Positions 14,560-28,638 of a DNA stretch of 64,000 nt are shown one piece after another. The stretch is from assembly GCA_964016885.1 (NCBI GenBank), contig OZ024741.1, positions 163,990,001 through 164,054,000 of the forward strand, given 5' to 3'. The first letter of the stretch is position 1, and every line of letters begins with the position of its first letter. Under the pieces are notes generated by a model. The model was not told the origin of the DNA, ran no database searches, and was given only the letters and a program-made list of their open reading frames with translations. Position numbers and translations under genes: made by a program. The stretch comes from Eledone cirrhosa. Lineage: Eukaryota.

Positions 14560-14830
14560 AAGAAGGGCCAATCTGACTGTATAGGAAAATAAAGGAAAGG
14601 ACTACAAATGCCAAGGTATTTCCGTGGACAATGGCCAGCGACATCGCTGCAACAGCCACCAGCCTCGCGGGGCTTCTTCCTCGGACGGGCTGCCGACGTT
14701 CCGATTTTACGGAGGAACTTGGCTGTATGGGAACCGAGGACGCCTGAGGTCTCAACGGCAACCGGTGCAAAGAGAAAACGGTCGGAGAAGCCCCGGTATT
14801 TACTTGTCTTCATGTCCTATGCATAGCGGG
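14560..14830 (-). pseudogene. 3' fragment of an RLE-type non-LTR retrotransposon (CRE-like)
   Basis: ORF 14535-14813 FLFAPVAVETSGVLGSHTAKFLRKIG...PRE, followed in other frames by LQR / LAIVHGN, typical of CRE-clade C-termini. Confidence 0.6.
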
Positions 14831-16242
14831 ATTTAAGGATATTTTTTTATAAGACAGCACCTTATTACAATAAGGTCTTTCTAGATAGCGGCTTCGAGGT
14901 CACTTTCTTTCTTTCATGGAATAGCTCCGGCCTGAACACCCACTCATCACAAACAGAATTCCTATACTCGCCATAATTCCGACACATTAATATTCTATCA
15001 TGCATGTCTTATCCATAACTTATACCACACCATTAATTGACTCAAATTATTAACAACAAACCGAATATAGAGACACATAAGCAAACGCATCACAAGTATT
15101 TGCATTATTAAACAAGAATTGAACCCGTTTTCTAACCCAAAAAATATGTTGAACCCGTTTTCTAAGGAAAACAACATATTTTGGGGGTTATGACCTCTAT
15201 CCAAACTTTGAGTTGAAATGAGAACTCGTTCAGACATTCCCTTTGCAGCTGATGAATTAGACTTAAGCGCTGAACCGCTACTTTATCCATTCTGCATCGT
15301 TGTGTACAGTCTGCATTTGCAGACAAGCCTGTGCCTCGAAATATAAGGTAGTGAAATAAATATATGTATATGCATGTGTGCATATGTGTGTTTATGCGCG
15401 GGGACATAGAAATAATCAGGCTGGATACCAGATCGTGCGGTTAAACCACTAGGAGTGAAGGACCCCTAGCCTTTGTCAGGGCATTCTTCTAGGAGAAGGC
15501 TACTCAGGAAACTGGGATAACTCCAACAATCTGCGGCTTAGTATTTACCGATAATATTGATCTTTTCTTCTTTTCGGGTTATAGCTACTGTTGCTCAGAG
15601 TGTGGGATTCCTTACTTTGAAAAACATCTTCATGCACAGGCATTTCACGATAGAATTAATTGATAATTATTAATAATGTTATATCGTGCAATGGCCATAC
15701 TCGATATAGAGGGGGAAGCCATCATGTATGTATATATATCATTCGAAATATACTTCTATACATGTATTAAAAATTCGACTGAATTCTTATCGTTTATCAA
15801 GGGTGTGTATTTTGTTTATATTTTTGTATGATTTCTATCCTCAACATTTCATTATAGTAATTGTAGTAAGCAATTAACACCCGAAATGGTGTTAGTCTTT
15901 ATTATATTAAATACGCTTATGATTATTGATTTGAGTTTTAATTTATTACTTCGTATTCTGATCATTTCCATTTGACGTCATTGAACACTGATACACTTTC
16001 GACTCACTGCTGGGTGAAATTCTTATAGGAGGTAATCTTGATGTCTAACCGCAGAGCCAGACTTGTCACATTCTGTGCCACGCTGAATTTCCCTGAGAAC
16101 TACGTTAAGGATACGTGTGTCTGTGGAATGCTCAGCCACTTGCATGTTAATTTCACGAGCAAGCTGTTCCGTTGACCGGATCAACTGGAACACTCTTCGT
16201 CGTAATCGACGTAGTGCCTTCCTTCCATATATGTATTAATGT

Positions 16243-16321
16243 TGGTAGGTAGGTAGGTAGATAGGTAGGTAGGTAGGTAGGTAGGTAGGTAGGTAGGTAG
16301 GTAGGTAGGTATGCAGGTAGG
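16243..16321. repeat. (GTAG)n tetranucleotide microsatellite
   Basis: Direct reading. Confidence 0.9.
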
Positions 16322-16519
16322 TCGTCAGTAACGTCAAAAATAAAACGTTTGGTAATATTTTACTATTAAGTACAAAGTGTCAAATCTTTACATAAGAAAT
16401 GTATCAATAGTTTCAATCGTTATATGGAATGGTTGCAGTATTTTCTATAATTGATAAAACTATCATCGTTTTCTATGAAAGGAGACACACTAGTTTATTA
16501 TATTATTATTATTATTATT

Positions 16520-16900
16520 GTTTCTTCACTCAGCTCCTAACGCTGGAGATGTATTACAGTGTTAGCTGTTCACTACCATTTAACTGAGGTAACACCCCTT
16601 AATTTTCGAATACCCTCCGGAATATTCAAGCTGTTCCTAGCAATGCCGTTCATCATTTGTGTTTCATCCGTATTGCAATCCCTATTTGTTTGATGTACTT
16701 CTCAAGATCTTTACTCACTGTTCCCAAAACTCCAACTATTATTGGTATTACCATCACCTTTTTCAGTGACCACAACTGCTTAATCTCACAAGCTAACCTG
16801 TCATGTCTTTCAATTTTTCCTTCTTTATCGCAAACCTTGTTATCAGCTGGACAGGCTATATGTGTGATCCAACACTGTTTGATTTCTTTCTCAATTAATA
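16520..16900 (-). pseudogene. 3' fragment of an R4/Dong-like RLE non-LTR retrotransposon
   Basis: IACPADNKV...EIKQLWSLKKVMVIPIIVGVLGTV, then ALLGTA; ends in a (TAA)n tail. Confidence 0.7.
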
Positions 16901-16904
16901 ATAT

Positions 16905-17523
16905 GGCTTGGCAGTATCGGCAGAGCGTCACACACCATGCTTTGTCGCATAGAGTTGTGGCCCTTTACGTTCTGAGTTCAAATCCCGCCGTGGTTAGCTT
17001 TGCTTTTCATCCTTACGGAGGTCGATAAAATATAGCACCAATAATACACTGGGGTCAATTTAATCGACTTTCCCCTTATGGGGTCGATAAAATAAAGTAC
17101 CAGTAATGCACTGGGTAATCGCTAGCCTTGTGCCTAAGGTAGAAACAATTATTATGAGTTTAAATACCGCCGGTTAGCTTAGTCCTTCAACTTTACCGAG
17201 GTCAATAAAATAAAGTACCAGTAACGCACTGGGGATCTATTTAAACGACCTTCCCTTCCTCCAAAATTGTTGGCCTTGTGTCTAAATCAGAAACCATTAT
17301 TTGGCGGTGGATTGACAGTATCGATAGAGCGTTGGACACCATGCTTTGCGGCATGTTGTTATGGCCCTTTATGGTCTGAGTTAAAATCCCGCCGGGATTA
17401 ACTTTGCCTCTCATCCTTACGGGGGTCGATAAAATAAAATACCAGTAAAGTATTATAGTCGATATAATCTACTTTCCTCTCCTCGTATATTGCTGGTCTT
17501 GTACCAATGTAGAAACAATTATT
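16905..17523 (+). mobile_element. Head-to-tail run of family A SINE copies and fragments
   Basis: At least three repeats of the central domain and tail. Confidence 0.8.
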
Positions 17524-18799
17524 AGAACTACTTACATTACAGATACTGTTCTAATTGTATCGTTTTCTTGTCTAAATATACTACAATATTCTCTCTCTAC
17601 TTGTAGCAGCTTCGGGACATGTCTTTTTCTATTCTCATTTTAATATGACTGGTAATTTCATCTACAGATTATTGTAGGTTTTTACAGCTGGGACTGATCT
17701 CTTGTAAATCATTTTTAATCATTCATACAAAAGAGATGGTTTATAGGTTCCCCTTAGCATTCGTAACCCCTGGTGGTTTGATTCAATAGGTTTGTTAATG
17801 AATCCAGAGCTAGACAGACAGCTATTGGGAGTAATGATAAATTATTTTTCTTGTGGGAATAGCAAAGGTTTTCATTTTCTTTTCTGTTTATATTGGAGTA
17901 TTGATGTTTTCATTGTCGTCATGGCGTAGGAGATATAGTCTTAGTATTTGAGGTGATTTTAAAACATTTTTTTTTTTGTACGAAATCTTCCTTTTCTTGT
18001 GTGAAATTTGTTGTGTAAAGCTCTCGGTCATCGAGTTGTGTCATGCTTAGATTTTTTTTAATTATTATTTTGTAATTTTCCGACACCCTTTCTGACCCTT
18101 TGGTAAAATGTTATTATTTTCAAAATAAGTAGCCACCCTGTTGGGGAATATAAATGACGGTACTTTATATATTGTCGATAAATAGATTATCATTCCGTGG
18201 TTTTTCTAGTATATATTGTCGGGCTTTTGGGGAATTAATAGTTTTCGCTTCTCATAAAATATTGGTTTCTAATTCTAAGAGTTTTAATATATTGTTCAAT
18301 TCTGTTGCAATATATTCAAGTGTAATTCATGTTTGAATGCTCTTTCCATTTGTTATTATTATCATTGTTTTTACCAATTTCTTGTGAGTTTCTACTACAT
18401 ATTCAGATGTACCTCAGTGATACTAAGGTGTGTATGCAGTATTGTATACAGTATGTATGAAATATTGTTTTTTGGCAGTATGTGTAGTGTTGTCGTATGG
18501 GGTATGTGTGAGCAACATTCATTTTTAGAAATTGTGTATGTATGATATTTTTTATTATCAGGGTTCATTTTTTAGTTCAAATCCCGCCGAGGTTAGCTTT
18601 GCCTTACGGGGTCGATAAAATAAAACACCAGTGATGCACTGGGATCGTTAATCGACTTTCCCCTCCTCCAGAATTGCTGGCCTCGTGCCTATAGTAGAAA
18701 TCATTATTATGGTTCATTTTTGTAAATCTCAGTCACTTACATGTTAAACGATCTGGATGTTTCAGTTAGGGAGCAGTCAACAAATTGACAAAGGCCCCT

Positions 18800-19145
18800 C
18801 AGTGCATTCTCTCCTGTGTTTTACATAGACAAGACTTCCTTTAAAACCCTTGCTGTACCAAGAAGTACTGTCTTCTACATGACCTGTAACGATGCATCAA
18901 TTTTCATTCTATTTAGAATCCTCAAAGCTGTCCAATATGCATCCCAATGCTCCGATTCCTTAAAAGATATACTGTCGTCCATGATGGTTGATACATCAGA
19001 TAGAAGAATTTTTGTCTTTGTGGTCTTTGACTATAATATCTGGATTGTTGGCTTTGATTTCCCTGCCTGTGTTTATTGGCATATCGCAGCGTATGGTTGC
19101 TTTGTCATTCTCTGACTCGTTTTCTGGTGTATGTCTGCACCACCT
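18800..19145 (-). pseudogene. Second R4/Dong-like RLE LINE fragment
   Basis: Minus-strand translation includes KPDIIVKDHKDK and KTVLLGTARVLK, with stops and frameshifts. Confidence 0.6.
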
Positions 19146-19179
19146 TTCTTCTTCTTCTTATTATTATTATTATTATTAT

Positions 19180-20279
19180 TGCGCTTGGAGACTGGAATGT
19201 CTTCAGGCGCTTACATGCCTCGACCAGTTGGGCAATGCGATCGGTGGAAACTCCACCTTGACGTTCTATGGAGAGCTAGTGGAGGGAAAGAGCGACGACG
19301 TCCTTGGGGAGACTCTGGGCGTCGACGAAAATCAACTAGCCAATCTCTTTGGGAGAACTTTCGGGCCGGGGCCCATGGACAACTTCCAGAAATCCCTCGC
19401 TTGGCAGTGCTACTAGAGGGCACTGCCGGTTCAAGATAAACTCTACAGGCACGAAAGTGCTATCAGAGACGGACTTACCCGAGATGCGCACAGAGCGATG
19501 AAACCGTTCTGCACGGACTCGTCCAATGTCCGTGCATTACTGACTTGTGGAGCTATGTCGAACAGCTGTTGCCGAGTCCATAGTGAAGATCGGCCCGCCG
19601 CCTTTTGGCCAGGAAGGACAGGGAATTTTCCTCTGTCTGATGGCAGTAGCGAAAGAAGTTGTATGGTGGACCAGATTGAAAGGACTGAAGACAGACACTT
19701 TTCTCTTCAGCCAATCCCTCATCAACTTCTTCAAATTTCACCTGCAAATCCCACATCCCCTGAGGCAAAAAGTATGCCACAGTAGATGTACATTCCCCCC
19801 CCCCCCCCAAGAGGCGAAGTCTCACTCTTTGGAAGCACTAAAGAGTGATGAGATAGTCTTGGTGCCCTTCTACTGCGGGCAGAAAATTGTGAGGGTCAAA
19901 GTGACCCAGGTCCCGCCCGACGTGCCCATACCTTGGCTGGTCGCGTCTGTCCTTGCTGGAATCGAGGACAGGACCACCATGCTGCAAGTACAGAGAATGG
20001 GAAGAGAGAACTGGTCAGGTATAGACATGCAAATGCTAATACAAACGGACCAGGAGTGTATCGAGGCCATCACAGATATCATAGACCTCGAGGAAGGACT
20101 CCAAATCCCTATAGGCGTGGAAGGAAGGCGCCCAAACTATATACTATATGCTATTGGAGAATTTTTCATTGTTCTTTTTATTACATCTTCTGTTTTTTTT
20201 GGGGGGGTTACACGCAGAAATGCCCATTTGTACCGTCCTGTACTGTCCTTAATGTCTACTTTGTGTAAACCATTGTGGT

Positions 20280-20314
<35 letters not shown>

Positions 20315-20320
20315 ATATTA
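19180..20320 (+). pseudogene. Rearranged L1/Tx1-like LINE fragments (ORF2 C-terminal zinc-finger region, ORF1-like piece, 3' tail)
   Basis: ALPVQDKLY...RCAQSDETVLHGLVQCP zinc-knuckle-like remnant; VWWTRLKGLK; 3' tail shared with 26900-27075. Confidence 0.6.
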
Positions 20321-20878
20321 TTATATAAAGAGCAAACATAAGGCACGAATGCATGCTGAGCGTTTGAGAAACAATATTTAATACTGCTTTGGATTGTTTC
20401 TACTGCAAGTGAGATTTATCTCAAAGAAATACTTTGGCATTTTAAATCAGCTTCTATATGGCAAATCTGTCTGAGAGCTATTTTTTCTATAAATCTGGGG
20501 ATAACGATTCCAAAAGCTTATATTGTATTGCCTTGTTTTCTTTCTATATTAAGTGAACAAAATATCGTTAATCCATTTGTTTTGCATTTTACTTAAATAA
20601 ACCTTGTTATAGCAATAAAAGAAATCGTTTCCGACTCCATCCCATCACAAACAATATTTCCTCTTGTTAACTAGTATTTACTGGGTAGGCCATCTAAACT
20701 ATCTTTTCTTATCAAAATGGTTGCAGCGTTATGTTCTCATGAACCTGTGTTCACAATCCAGTTTCATCATATGCCAATTGTTATCGTTTCATATACGACA
20801 TTAACAATTTTGCATGAAATTGCAACATCCCATTTCAGGAGGAGGGAGGAGGGAGGGGGGGGGGGGGACTATTTAATA

Positions 20879-21060
20879 TAATTGTTTCTACTTATGGCAC
20901 AAGTTCAGCAATTAACCAGTACATTACTGGTACTTTATTTTATCGACCCCGTAAGGATGAAAGGCAAAGTTAACCTCGGCGGGATTTGAACTCAGGTCGT
21001 AAAGGGACGTAACTACGCTGGAAAGCATGTCTGACCCTCTACCAATACTGCCAATTCACC
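20879..21060 (-). mobile_element. SINE family A with TSD
   Basis: TTTAATATAAT on both sides. Confidence 0.85.
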
Positions 21061-21881
21061 TTTAATATAATGCAAGTGCTTCACTGCTACCTTATATAAT
21101 TAAAAACAAAGTTGTCCTCATATTGTCTACAGATCTACGGACCCTCCCAATCCATTGGTCCTGTTAGTTATGTTGATACAGTACGTTAATTAGTGTTAAT
21201 ATATCTAATCTAGTAAGTGTCAAAAATTCAAGTTGAAATACTTACGTGGTGAAAAAACAATACAACATTAACCCAATGTCGTAAAGGGGATAATTTGTGA
21301 TTGTTGCCAATATATTTGAAGAGTGTTGTGTAATATTGAAGTGTTTTTATCACTTAATCATGAAGGAGAGCACTGTCTATGACTTTTCATGGCGTTTGAG
21401 GGTAGGGGAGAAAGGGGTATCTGCAATCGGCGAACTTAGTCCAAATACGTGCATCAGAGTGCACTTTGCTAAAAGTACCCAAGAGCCTATTAATGATACT
21501 AAACCGAGCGACCAATTAAGTCTACCACCTACGTATGCCATGGTGGAATATAAAGTCGGGATGCAAGGAACCTCAATAAATACCTCAATACAACCAGTCG
21601 GATGCTCTAACGATCCCATCTATTCACTACCCTCGGTCGGTACATTGTTTATCGACCCCAGGAGGATGAAAGACAAAGGTTTAAACTCGGAATACAGGGA
21701 GTAAGAATGGCATTTCATCCGACGCTTCTGCCAATTCGCCGGGTGTAAAATATTGTAGTGTAATAGTGTTGAAATATAACGTAGACTGATTCAAATTGGA
21801 ATATTTCAAATCCTATTTAGGGACTAATTTTTGCATCATTTCACAATCTCATTATTAACTTTTTGAATTGTTTTATTTTTT

Positions 21882-21912
<31 letters not shown>

Positions 21913-22084
21913 CGGGAAATATTTGTCTTTCCAGCGGTTGTTGCTGTTGTTTTTGTAATCACTGTACAAATTTGGGGTGCTATAACTTGGCCATTTCCAG
22001 AGTGAGTTATTGCTCTGAATTACGATAATGAATCATTGACACAAAGTTTTACTTTAAAAAAGGATCAAAAATTATTCGAGTGTG

Positions 22085-22395
22085 TGAAATAATTGTTTAA
22101 GAATAGACGTATACGTATATGTGTGCATGTGAATATATGTACATGTGTATTGTGTATGTGTATAGAAACAGAGAGAGTGAGAGAGAGAGAGGGAGATAGA
22201 GTGAGAGAGGGGGAGATAGGGGGAGAGACGAGGCTCTATATGTGTATTGTGTATGTGTATAGAGAGGTGGAGAGTGAGGGAGAAAGAGAGGGAGTGTGTG
22301 TGTGAGAGAGAGAGAGCGCGAGAGAGAATAGGATGTGTATATGTGTATTGTAGAGAGAGAGAAAGAGAGAGAGAAGAGCGTCTGTATGTGCGTAT

Positions 22396-22487
<92 letters not shown>

Positions 22488-22534
22488 GCTCTGTACATGT
22501 GTATATATATATATACACATATACAGAGAGAGGG

Positions 22535-22589
<55 letters not shown>

Positions 22590-22607
22590 CTCAGTATATG
22601 TGTAGTG

Positions 22608-22644
<37 letters not shown>

Positions 22645-22680
22645 GGCGAGTCTGTATATGTGTGTAGTGTATATGGGAGC
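22085..22680. repeat. Compound (GA)n/(TA)n/(TG)n low-complexity tract
   Basis: Direct reading. Confidence 0.9.
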
Positions 22681-23009
22681 AAGAGTGTGATTATTGGTTC
22701 ATGGAATCTTTTTTTTTATTATTGTTATTATGTGTTGAAATTTACATTCATTTCCATAATTTCAATCATGAAAGCAAGTCTAAAATTATCCTACTTTGAA
22801 TAGACAGAATTGCTAAACTTAACACCTTTAATCTAAAATAACCCCTACTTTGAGTGACAAAAATCACTGAAATTAATCCTTGTAATCTAAAACCACCAAA
22901 TAATAATTGTTTTATTTTACCTTGCTATTCTTTTTAAGTAGAAAAAATGCAAAAACACTTCTAATAGCTCAATCACAAAAGCTATCTAATCTGCGATTAT
23001 TATTATTTA

Positions 23010-23985
23010 TGGCAGAAGGTCGGTGAATTGTCAGTATCGGTAGAGAGTCGGACGCCATGCTTTGCAGCACAGTTACGTCCCTTTACGATCTGAGTTCAAA
23101 TCCCGCCGAGGTTGACTTTGCCTTTCATCCTTATGGGGTCGATAAAATAAAGTACCAGTAATGCACTGGGTAATTGCTGGCCTTGTGCCTAAAGTAGAAA
23201 CAATTATTATTTATGGCAGAGTGGCAGTATCGGTGGCGGGTCGGACGCCATGCTTTGCAGCATAGAGTTACGGCCCTTTATGATCTGAGTTCAAATCCCG
23301 CCGAGGTTAGCTTTGCCTTTCATCTTTACGGGGTCGATAAAATAAAGTACCAGTCACGAACTGAGGTCGATTTAATCGACTTTCCCCTCCCCAAAAATTG
23401 CTGGCCTTGTGCCTATACTAGAAATCATTATTATTTATGGCAGAGTGGCAGTATCGGTGGCGGGTCGGACGCCATGCTTTGCAGCATAGAGTTACGCCCA
23501 TTTACGGTCTGAGTTCAAATACCGCCGAGGTTAGCTTTGCTTTTTATCCTTACGGGGTCGATAAAATAAAGTACCAGTCATGAACTGGGGTCGATTTAAT
23601 CGTCTTTCCTCTCCCCCCAAAATTGCTGGCCTTGTGCCTAAATAAGAAACCATTATTGGCAGTATCGGTAGAGCGTCAGACACCATGCTTACCGGCATAG
23701 AGTTGTGGCCCTTTACGTTCTGAGTTCAAATCCCGCCGAGGTTAACTTTGTCTTTCATCTTACGGTGTCGATAAAATAAAGTACCAGTAATGCACTGCGT
23801 CGATTTAATCGACTCTCCCCCTCCCCCCAAATTGCTGGCCTTGTGCCTATAGTAGAAATCATTATTATGACAGAATCGCTCGTGCGTCTGACAAAATACT
23901 TTGCTGCATTTAGTTACTGCTTTCTACGTTCTGAGTTCAAATCCAGCCGTGGCAACTTTGCCTTTCATCCTTCTGGGACCATTTT
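23010..23985 (+). mobile_element. Tandem array of four to five family A SINEs
   Basis: Units of ~210-225 bp start near 23010, 23215, 23439, 23657, plus a decayed unit near 23870; each follows the (ATT)n tail of the previous one. Confidence 0.9.
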
Positions 23986-23999
23986 ATCAACGCAAAACA

Positions 24000-26260
24000 C
24001 AAAGTTTGTATTGTCAGAGCTAAGGCACGAGCTCTGAGACACGGGGTTACGAAAGCTGTTCGATGTATCCGAATTTCAGCGGTGCAGCGTGGCAACAAAG
24101 TCCCAATTCGGTCTTTAACAGAACAGGATGGGTGCGTTGTACTCGATTTCAAGCAGATGTGTATGGCTTTCCAGTGGCACTTTGAATAACTATTCAGGGC
24201 AAGCGGGTGAACGAAGGTGATACTGAACTGTAGTTTCCAACTCGATGACCTACTGCAATTCACAACGGAAGATGCGAAGAGATGCGAAAATCAGATAACA
24301 CTAACCAAAGATGACCCTGTGTGGTTGTACAAGTCGCAGATTGCCCGTTTCACGTGGTCTACACTACGAGCTTTACGCAGATATGCCTGACTTGTTCGCC
24401 AATGTCTTAGAAACCGTCTTCTGTAACTGGCATTAGAACGTTCTAAGAGGAATGACGAACACGAGTGACATATTTGAAACGTGTCCAACACACAGTCTAA
24501 GGTTTTGGTCAAGGTGTTAACAACGAGATTACGCTTTTTGTTAAAAGTGTGGTCGGGAAGGAATAGACGGGTGCAATCCCAGCCATATCTTTTAATGACA
24601 ACTTCCACTTCGTGCGATTCATCATAGCGAGGGCAGGGAGAAAACTTGGCTTCGTTGGGCTTCTGATTAATTTCAATCAAACGAAATCTTTCAATGGGGT
24701 CGATCATCGATACTTGGCAGCTGTTCTCTAGGCAGCCGGTTTCGGTTCCTTCTTTGGGGCTTAGATTGTTACAATGCAGTGGTATCTGGTCAGTGGCTAG
24801 AGTAAATCACCAGTTATCGGAACTCTTTCAAACGACGGGCTCGGTCAGCTACGGGTGTCCTCTCTCCTCCCTTCTGTAGTCTTAACTCTATAGCTAAAAC
24901 TACTCTACTGCGGAAACTGGAGCTGTTGAGGGGCATCTCACTCAAATTAGAACATATAAAGGCTGCCTCGACTTCTGTGGATGACATCGTGATGGTATTG
25001 AGCACCTCGGAAATCGTGGTGGTCGACACCTTCCCGTAAGAATATGAAACGTTTACAGGAGCAACAAATAAACCAAACACGTCGGTGGATTTGAAGTGTA
25101 TTTCGTCCGACAGTGTCATGGGGGTTGGTTTGGTTTGGTTTGGTCAAACTTCCATGTCGATATGAACTATGATGAAGTAACGTTAGAGTAGTCAATCTCA
25201 GTCAGAACTTGACCTAGAGGAAGTTGTCCCTGAAATGTCGAGCAGAGGTGGAGAACACGTACATCGCCTCCGTCATATATTAACGACTGATGTTGTGCCT
25301 TGCCCCAGGTCTCATCTCAGCAGATTGGAGCACCTGCTCTTTCACCTTTTGTGAAAGTGATGTGTTTCACATGGTAGGAGGTTCATTTGTTGCTAGTACT
25401 TTTTTGCGCACAGGTATCGATCGACATGTGACTATTGAAGTGCATTTGAAAACATTCCTATCAGGTGCGTCTTTCCTCAGCCCATCTGTCTGACGTCTAG
25501 AGCGACGACGTTCTAGGGGAAATTCTAGATTTCAACTAAGATGAACTGACGCGTCTGTTCCAGAGAACCTTCGCCCCGGAGACTATGGACAAATGTTAAA
25601 AATCTCTGGCTTGGCAGTGCTACCGGTTAGCACTGTCGAATAGACACAGTCTTTACAGGAAAGGAAGTGCTGTCAGATGGGTCTGTCCGAAATGTGTGTA
25701 GAGCGATGAAATCGCTCTGCGTGCACGTGTCCAGTGTCTGTGCATTGCTGACTTGGGCAGTTTTGTCTCACAGCTGTTGTTGCATATATGTCTATCGGTC
25801 GCCTTCATCGTAAAGATCGCTGCTCTAAAGATCGCTCTTACTTTTGGCCGGGAAAGGCTGGCAGTTTTCCTCAGGTCGCTATAGCATTAACGATTATGTG
25901 GTGGACGACGATGAAAGGACTGAAGATAAACACATTTTTCTTCGCCCAAGCCGTCATCGACTTTATCAAGTTTCACATGGAAAGGTGAGGGGAGAGGGAA
26001 ATGCTGTCCTTCCCAGTATATTTGTTAAAAAGTCCGTCAATGTAGGTAAAATGCCCCGAGTAAATTAACCATGCTTTTACAGGTTGGACGAAATAGAGGA
26101 GATAGGAATATTTCTATCTATGATGGCCTAGGATGATCGAGGTAATCTCGGATCTTTGGGCTTCCTTAATTACGCCAAGGTAGGGCTTCCCTCAATTAAG
26201 GAATTCTGTTGTTAACTAAGAAACATAATAAAAAAGGGGCACAAATAAACAGTATACTAT
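24000..26260 (+). pseudogene. Decayed, internally deleted L1/Tx1-like LINE
   Basis: RT remnants (KSFNGVDHRYL; GSVSYGCPLSSLL; SVDDI) at ~24660-25000 and a C-terminal region homologous to 19350-19740. Confidence 0.6.
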
Positions 26261-26345
26261 GTTTCTTAGTTTTATGTTCTTGGATATTTGTATTGCCCCT
26301 AATGTATTTTGCTCTAGTGGTTAATATAAAATTCATTATTATTAA

Positions 26346-26722
26346 AGGGCGGTGGATTGGCAGTATCGGTAGAGACTCGGACGCCATGCTATGAATTGTA
26401 GAGTTACGCCCCTTTACGGTCTGAGTTCAAATTCCGCCGAGGTTGACTTTGCCTTTCATCCTTACGGGGTCGATAAAATAAAGTACCAGTAATACACTGG
26501 TGTAATTGCTGGCCTTGTACCAAAAGTAGAAACAGTTATTATTAATAGATGTAAATTTGGCAGTATCGGCAGAGCGTAGAGTTACGCCCCTTCGTGTTCT
26601 GATTTTAAATCCCCTATGAGGTTAGCTTTGTCTTTCATCCTTACCAGTAATGCACTGTGGTCAATTTAATCGATTTTCCCATCACCCAAAATTGTCGGCC
26701 TAGTGTCTAAATCAGAAATCAT
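26346..26722 (+). mobile_element. Family A SINE plus a decayed second copy
   Basis: Matches the consensus. Confidence 0.8.
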
Positions 26723-27251
26723 TAGCATTTTGTTGAAAGATGGGTGAGAGAGGCAAGAATGGCCCGAGTGAATGCGCCTACTCTGAGTATATGCCTGTAA
26801 ATTAAATGTGGAAAACTGGGAGAGGGCACTTGCCCTGGTGGTCAGGGTCACCGTAGCTTTTTTTAATGAGATTTCTCCACAATGGCCCTCGGATGCCCCC
26901 CCCCCTATTGGGGAATTTTTCATTGTTCTTTTTTTGTTACATCCTGTGTTTTTTGTTTTTTTTACACACGCAGAAATGCCCATTTGTACCGTCCTGTATT
27001 GTCCTGTACTGTCCTTAATGTCTACTTTGTGTAAACCCTTGTGGTTAATAAAGAAAGCATTATTATTATTATTATGGTTTATTTTTCCTAATTCCATAAT
27101 TTAGTATTAAGTTGAAGATAGAAGTAAATGCAACATACATAAAACAAATTTACAAGAATAAAAGATATATGTAGAGAGACAGATATATAGAGGAAGAGAG
27201 AAAGAGAGAGAAATAGATAGCTAGACAGTTACACACACACGCATTTATATA

Positions 27252-27296
<45 letters not shown>

Positions 27297-27346
27297 ATGT
27301 ATGTATATATATCATATATATATTTATATATTTATATTCATATATA

Positions 27347-27377
<31 letters not shown>

Positions 27378-28556
27378 GTGCACATACATACTTACACACA
27401 TACACACATATATATATATGCACATACATACATACACACATACAGACAGACAGACATGCACACATACACACATACACACATATATACAGACAGACAGACA
27501 TATATACATACATATGTGTGTATGATACTGTAGACGCTAATTGCAGACATTAAACATAAAAAACAATGTAGTTTAAAACTCAAAAACATAGAGGTATTAC
27601 TCCAATTTGGAGACCAATAATGATCAATAAAGTCTTCTATTAATCTCTTGTTTTCTAGTTTTATCCTGTTCCTGATAATATTTTGCATAATGGTAATGGT
27701 CTCTGGTTTTGTTAACAACTATAATTGCCAATAAATCTTGAACGTGGCTTTATAATTGTTATCATATGTGTTCTCGAACGCATGTGTTATAGATTAAAGT
27801 TCTCATTGCACGGAATCTAGTTTCAATTCTCTTGTTACGCTAAACGTTTTTAAGGGAACACGAGTTCAAATTCAGCCGAGGTTAGCTTTTCCTTTCATGC
27901 TTCCGGGGTCGATAAAATAAAGTACCAGAATTGTTGGCACTGTACTTAAATCAGAAACCAACTTATTTTATATACACTTACACCCGAAAGAAAAAACAAT
28001 TTTCCACAATAAATATTTATTGTGTTATAAGGCCCGAGTGATAGGATATATTTCTGAACTCAAATATTAAAAGTTTGGATGCGATTGTCGGACAATATTA
28101 CCTCATCTTTTACATAAATACTTGTATTAAGGAATTCATGCAATTAAAAATTGTATGTAGCCTTATGAATAGTTTACTGTAATAATTCTCATATTTTGAG
28201 CTGTAAAAAAATGTCTTCATCTATCCTCATCTAAACACATTCTCTTCGTGTATTCTCCCCCTCTATATTATATTTTGAAGAGCCTTGCAAACCTTTTCCT
28301 TGAGCTCATTAAATTACAGGGATAAACGCGAGTCCTTTACTCTGTTGCTTCATTTTCTAATTTAGCTCCTTACGAATTTCTCTGTTTGTTGAGCACAGTT
28401 TCAGTTGAATGGTTATAGGATGCCATTTCTAGTAGTTTTCCTTTTCCATTCAAGCCACTAGCTACTGTCTAACGCGCGTATCTTTCCCTTTCTCTCTCCA
28501 CGTGTTGCAATTCAGTTACCTAATTTTTATTAAGAAGTGTGGGACGTATTTTCTCT

Positions 28557-28638
28557 ACACCTGCTGAAGATCCACGGGAAAATATGATTCTTACACTATT
28601 TATGGTGAAACATTATCTCTTTGAGTCTGTACAGGTGT
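28557..28638 (+). ncRNA. Type I hammerhead ribozyme
   Basis: ACACCTG-CTGAAGA-TCCA...TGGT-GAAA-CA...TG-TA-CAGGTGT; 7-bp stem I; predicted cleavage after GTA at 28631. Confidence 0.7.

Noticed and set aside
17570-18560. Heavily decayed minus-strand PLE-like coding remnant; also possible LINE RT remnants at ~12300-13070 and ~41600-42340
   Set aside because: Composition and a few partial motifs are suggestive, but too degenerate to assign without a tblastn or HMM search.
23010-23985. CRISPR-like or tRNA gene array
   Set aside because: Units are ~210-bp SINEs with box A/B but no cloverleaf acceptor stem and no unique spacers.
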